64,000 bases of DNA, taken from Coriobacteriia bacterium (lineage in GTDB: Bacteria; Actinomycetota; Coriobacteriia; Coriobacteriales; UBA8131). The stretch spans positions 24,819-88,818 of the forward strand of contig WRHU01000006.1 in NCBI GenBank assembly GCA_009783085.1. Reading direction: 5' to 3'. Under the pieces are notes generated by a model, which searched no databases, was not told the DNA's origin, and saw only the letters and a program-made list of their open reading frames with translations. Below, one piece after another: positions 62,701-64,000 of this stretch. Both the position numbers and the translations under genes were made by a program. The first letter of the stretch is position 1; each line of letters starts with the position of its first letter.

Positions 62701-64000
62701 GCAGTAAGGGTCACCCAAATTACGTCAGGCATCACAAAAGTGGTGGTTGCGCTTGCTGAATCTTCCAAAACCAGCTCACCTGGTTCATCAGGGGGAAACC
62801 AACCTAAAACTTCGTCAACCGTCCAACCAGCAAACACATAACCCTCGCGCTCACCAGCGTTTATCGTAACTACGTCGTTCTTGTAGTACATGCCCTCGCC
62901 AGAGTATCCGGCAAAGCCGTCGATAATCTCAACCAATCCAACACGGGGATCTACCTGCGGAATAGCCCACATAGCATACAGCGTGAGCGTATCATCGGTA
63001 AGCAACCACGGGTCAAAAACTTGTTCGTTGGTATACGGGGTTCCGCTTCCGTCAGGAGCGGTGTTCCAACCGAGAAAAACATCGGCGATATACGTGTCAG
63101 GAGCCCAGGGGAGAAATCTTCCAGACACAAAGGCGTTTTTGGAAAGAGTCACCTTGCTGTCGTAGGCCGCCAGCTGCTGCTCCATAGTACCTTCAATAGT
63201 GTTGGGGCTTTGAGGTTGACCGTTACCAGCATTGGCGTTATACGTAATAAGGCAGTTTTTTGGCTCCCAGTTTGCCGTAACCGTTACCGCATCTGCTGGC
63301 ATATAAAACGCCGTGGCCGTATCGGTGAGGCTCAAAAGTTGTGCATAGCTCGGCTCGGCAGTCCAACCTGCAAACACATAGCCCTCGCGCATGCCTGCGT
63401 CAATCAAAACAAGGTCGCCAGCCGCATACTCTCCAGAACCTGATGCGCCAACAGCACCCTCGCTCACTACCACTACTTGAGCTTCTGTTATTGTAGGAGC
63501 ATAGCTGATGTCATAATTGTTGTACCCTTGTTCAAAGGGAGCAGACCACATAACACCTTCGCCGTTATCGCCTATATGCGCCTTATAAACGGCATCATCG
63601 GCAGACGCGCGGTTTTGTACCGAGGGCATCTGTGCGTAGTTTCCGTAAAATACTACGCCTGCGGCAACCGAAAGGCGTTCAAGACCAACGTTTGTGTCAG
63701 TGAGCCACACGCCACCGCCATTTTTACCAGCCGTATTAAACAAGATGGAACCAGCTTGTATTGCGGTAGTCGCATTAGGCTCTACATATACGCCGCCGCC
63801 AGAAACACCAGCCCAACAACTTGAAACCGTGCCGCCCTCCATAATAAAAGCAGCATCGTCTGCCACATATACGCCACCGCCATTGTTGGTAGCGGTGCCG
63901 CGCTCGATACGAGCATCGTCGAGCATTGTGAATGTTCCGCCAAGAACCTGCACCGCACCACCGTTTTCTGCAGAGGTGTCGGTGATGAGGGCCTCGCCGC
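59748..64000 (-). CDS. Large sortase-anchored surface protein with InlB-B/Listeria-Bacteroides-type repeats (5' part beyond the window)
   Basis: Frame is open to the window edge. GGGVY beta-helix-like repeats, REGY.F.GWT..F.MP..VTVTA.W and F.GWNT..G.G..LYA.W repeats, then APKTG, a TM segment and a basic tail. Confidence 0.88.
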   Translation of the reverse strand, partial: GEALITDTSAENGGAVQVLGGTFTMLDDARIERGTATNNGGGVYVADDAAFIMEGGTVSSCWAGVSGGGVYVEPNATTAIQAGSILFNTAGKNGGGVWLTDTNVGLERLSVAAGVVFYGNYAQMPSVQNRASADDAVYKAHIGDNGEGVMWSAPFEQGYNNYDISYAPTITEAQVVVVSEGAVGASGSGEYAAGDLVLIDAGMREGYVFAGWTAEPSYAQLLSLTDTATAFYMPADAVTVTANWEPKNCLITYNANAGNGQPQSPNTIEGTMEQQLAAYDSKVTLSKNAFVSGRFLPWAPDTYIADVFLGWNTAPDGSGTPYTNEQVFDPWLLTDDTLTLYAMWAIPQVDPRVGLVEIIDGFAGYSGEGMYYKNDVVTINAGEREGYVFAGWTVDEVLGWFPPDEPGELVLEDSASATTTFVMPDVIWVTLTAHWAAVNSVTVNGSYAQTSGAGDYKQGDIVALDAGEREGYEFAGWTVDEGEITLIEPSRAATAFAMSSSAVTVTAQWEPKTFVITYVANQGDEQWQGRCIEGTMEPQQVTYGSAVTLNKNVFYSEIPIPWSPGKFYGDRFMMWNTAPDGSGTYYTDEQVIDAWALAGNVVLYAQWARVHIDPHFIPLTINDSYAEYSGEGIYAMNETVTINAGEREGYEFAGWTVDEMEKWSPDDTSELVIDDPTSAVVTFTMPDIVLLTLTAHWTAVNEAAVNEVAVNGSFALTSGAGSYKTGDTVTLAAGEREGYEFDGWTVDAGSATLLDAKSATTTFVMPDSSVTVTASWKPRTYTITFVGDPGYEPTIILGLKGKMENQTVVFGSEVKLAKNMFYSEKPIPWYPESTYGHLFLGWNTEPFGEGIFFSDEQVIASWSFAADTTLYAQWALITIDPPEFAVVVNDSFAEQSGSGIRMMTDTVVISAGEREGYVFAGWTVESEPLELDDPTSATTSFIMPDYPVTVTANWSAVNAVVVNGSRAEVSGADTYVQGDTVVINAGEYEDYVFAGWTVDEGTATLLDPSSETTAFVMPGSSVTVTAHWAAKPDDDEYAITAAGLVVLSKAQARALVAGGDKGVAAAEVVASRYSDGAPGTITCVSGAIGIEEGAYLLEYAVVEDNKKTVAVVFIVTDNTHIKQGELYTLTAKSSTITLTEDEAAAAVADGGLIAANVRAYCNDSGDDAVVSPLSEDMASGSGVGPLASLGASNSFVNVLAGSLGAEPGTYAVTYGVDAEPATALTVAFTVLETNTTVTGAQYAITAKNPVVLTVEGAAAVIAGGDNGIAAAEVRGYNRATNADAPVSFVSGTLAAAQGTYELTYKVNAEPSTTVTVTFIVSGSSGAAQPESGTTPDGGAAGNDEGADTGDSGGGTSDTSGGTSGNGNQGTAPKTGDNLTYKGFMSLAAGVLFVAAAVLFTAAWRKRSEKREKRGGF

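Noticed and set aside
59748-64000. Diversity-generating retroelement target
   Set aside because: No reverse transcriptase and no TR/VR pair with adenine-specific differences in the window

Overview
Core chromosomal window of an anaerobic actinobacterium, most likely Coriobacteriia (Eggerthellaceae-like; inferred from gene content and protein style). Nearly all genes are on the minus strand. From left to right it holds ftsK (partial), thyX, rpmE, rnr, ftsEX, purA, rmuC, dnaB-rplI-rpsR-ssb-rpsF, a Trp T-box-controlled stand-alone trpB2, the S10/spc cluster and rpsL-rpsG-fusA (no tuf, no alpha operon), a secreted Ig/FN3 protein with an exact 329-bp internal duplication, a palindrome-rich 1-kb intergenic region, dnaE, a Sau3AI-like restriction-modification pair, rnc-plsX-rpmF-xerC-trmFO, four tRNAs (Val, Gly, Cys, Leu), pdxK, Rrf2 and LysR regulators, secG and a large sortase-anchored repeat protein (partial). 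No CRISPR array, prophage or transposase was seen. The most interesting signals are: (1) a small hydrophobic ORF whose 5' and 3' UTRs are complementary and which faces a candidate antisense promoter (type I toxin-antitoxin-like); (2) the only GATC sites found in the RM locus form a palindrome over the methylase -35 box; (3) a multi-hairpin non-coding region with anti-Shine-Dalgarno-like loops divergent from the LysR gene; (4) inverted T-arm copies and a 78-bp duplication at tRNA 3' ends; (5) repeat or low-complexity expansions in many core proteins. All calls come from reading the sequence by eye; no searches were run.
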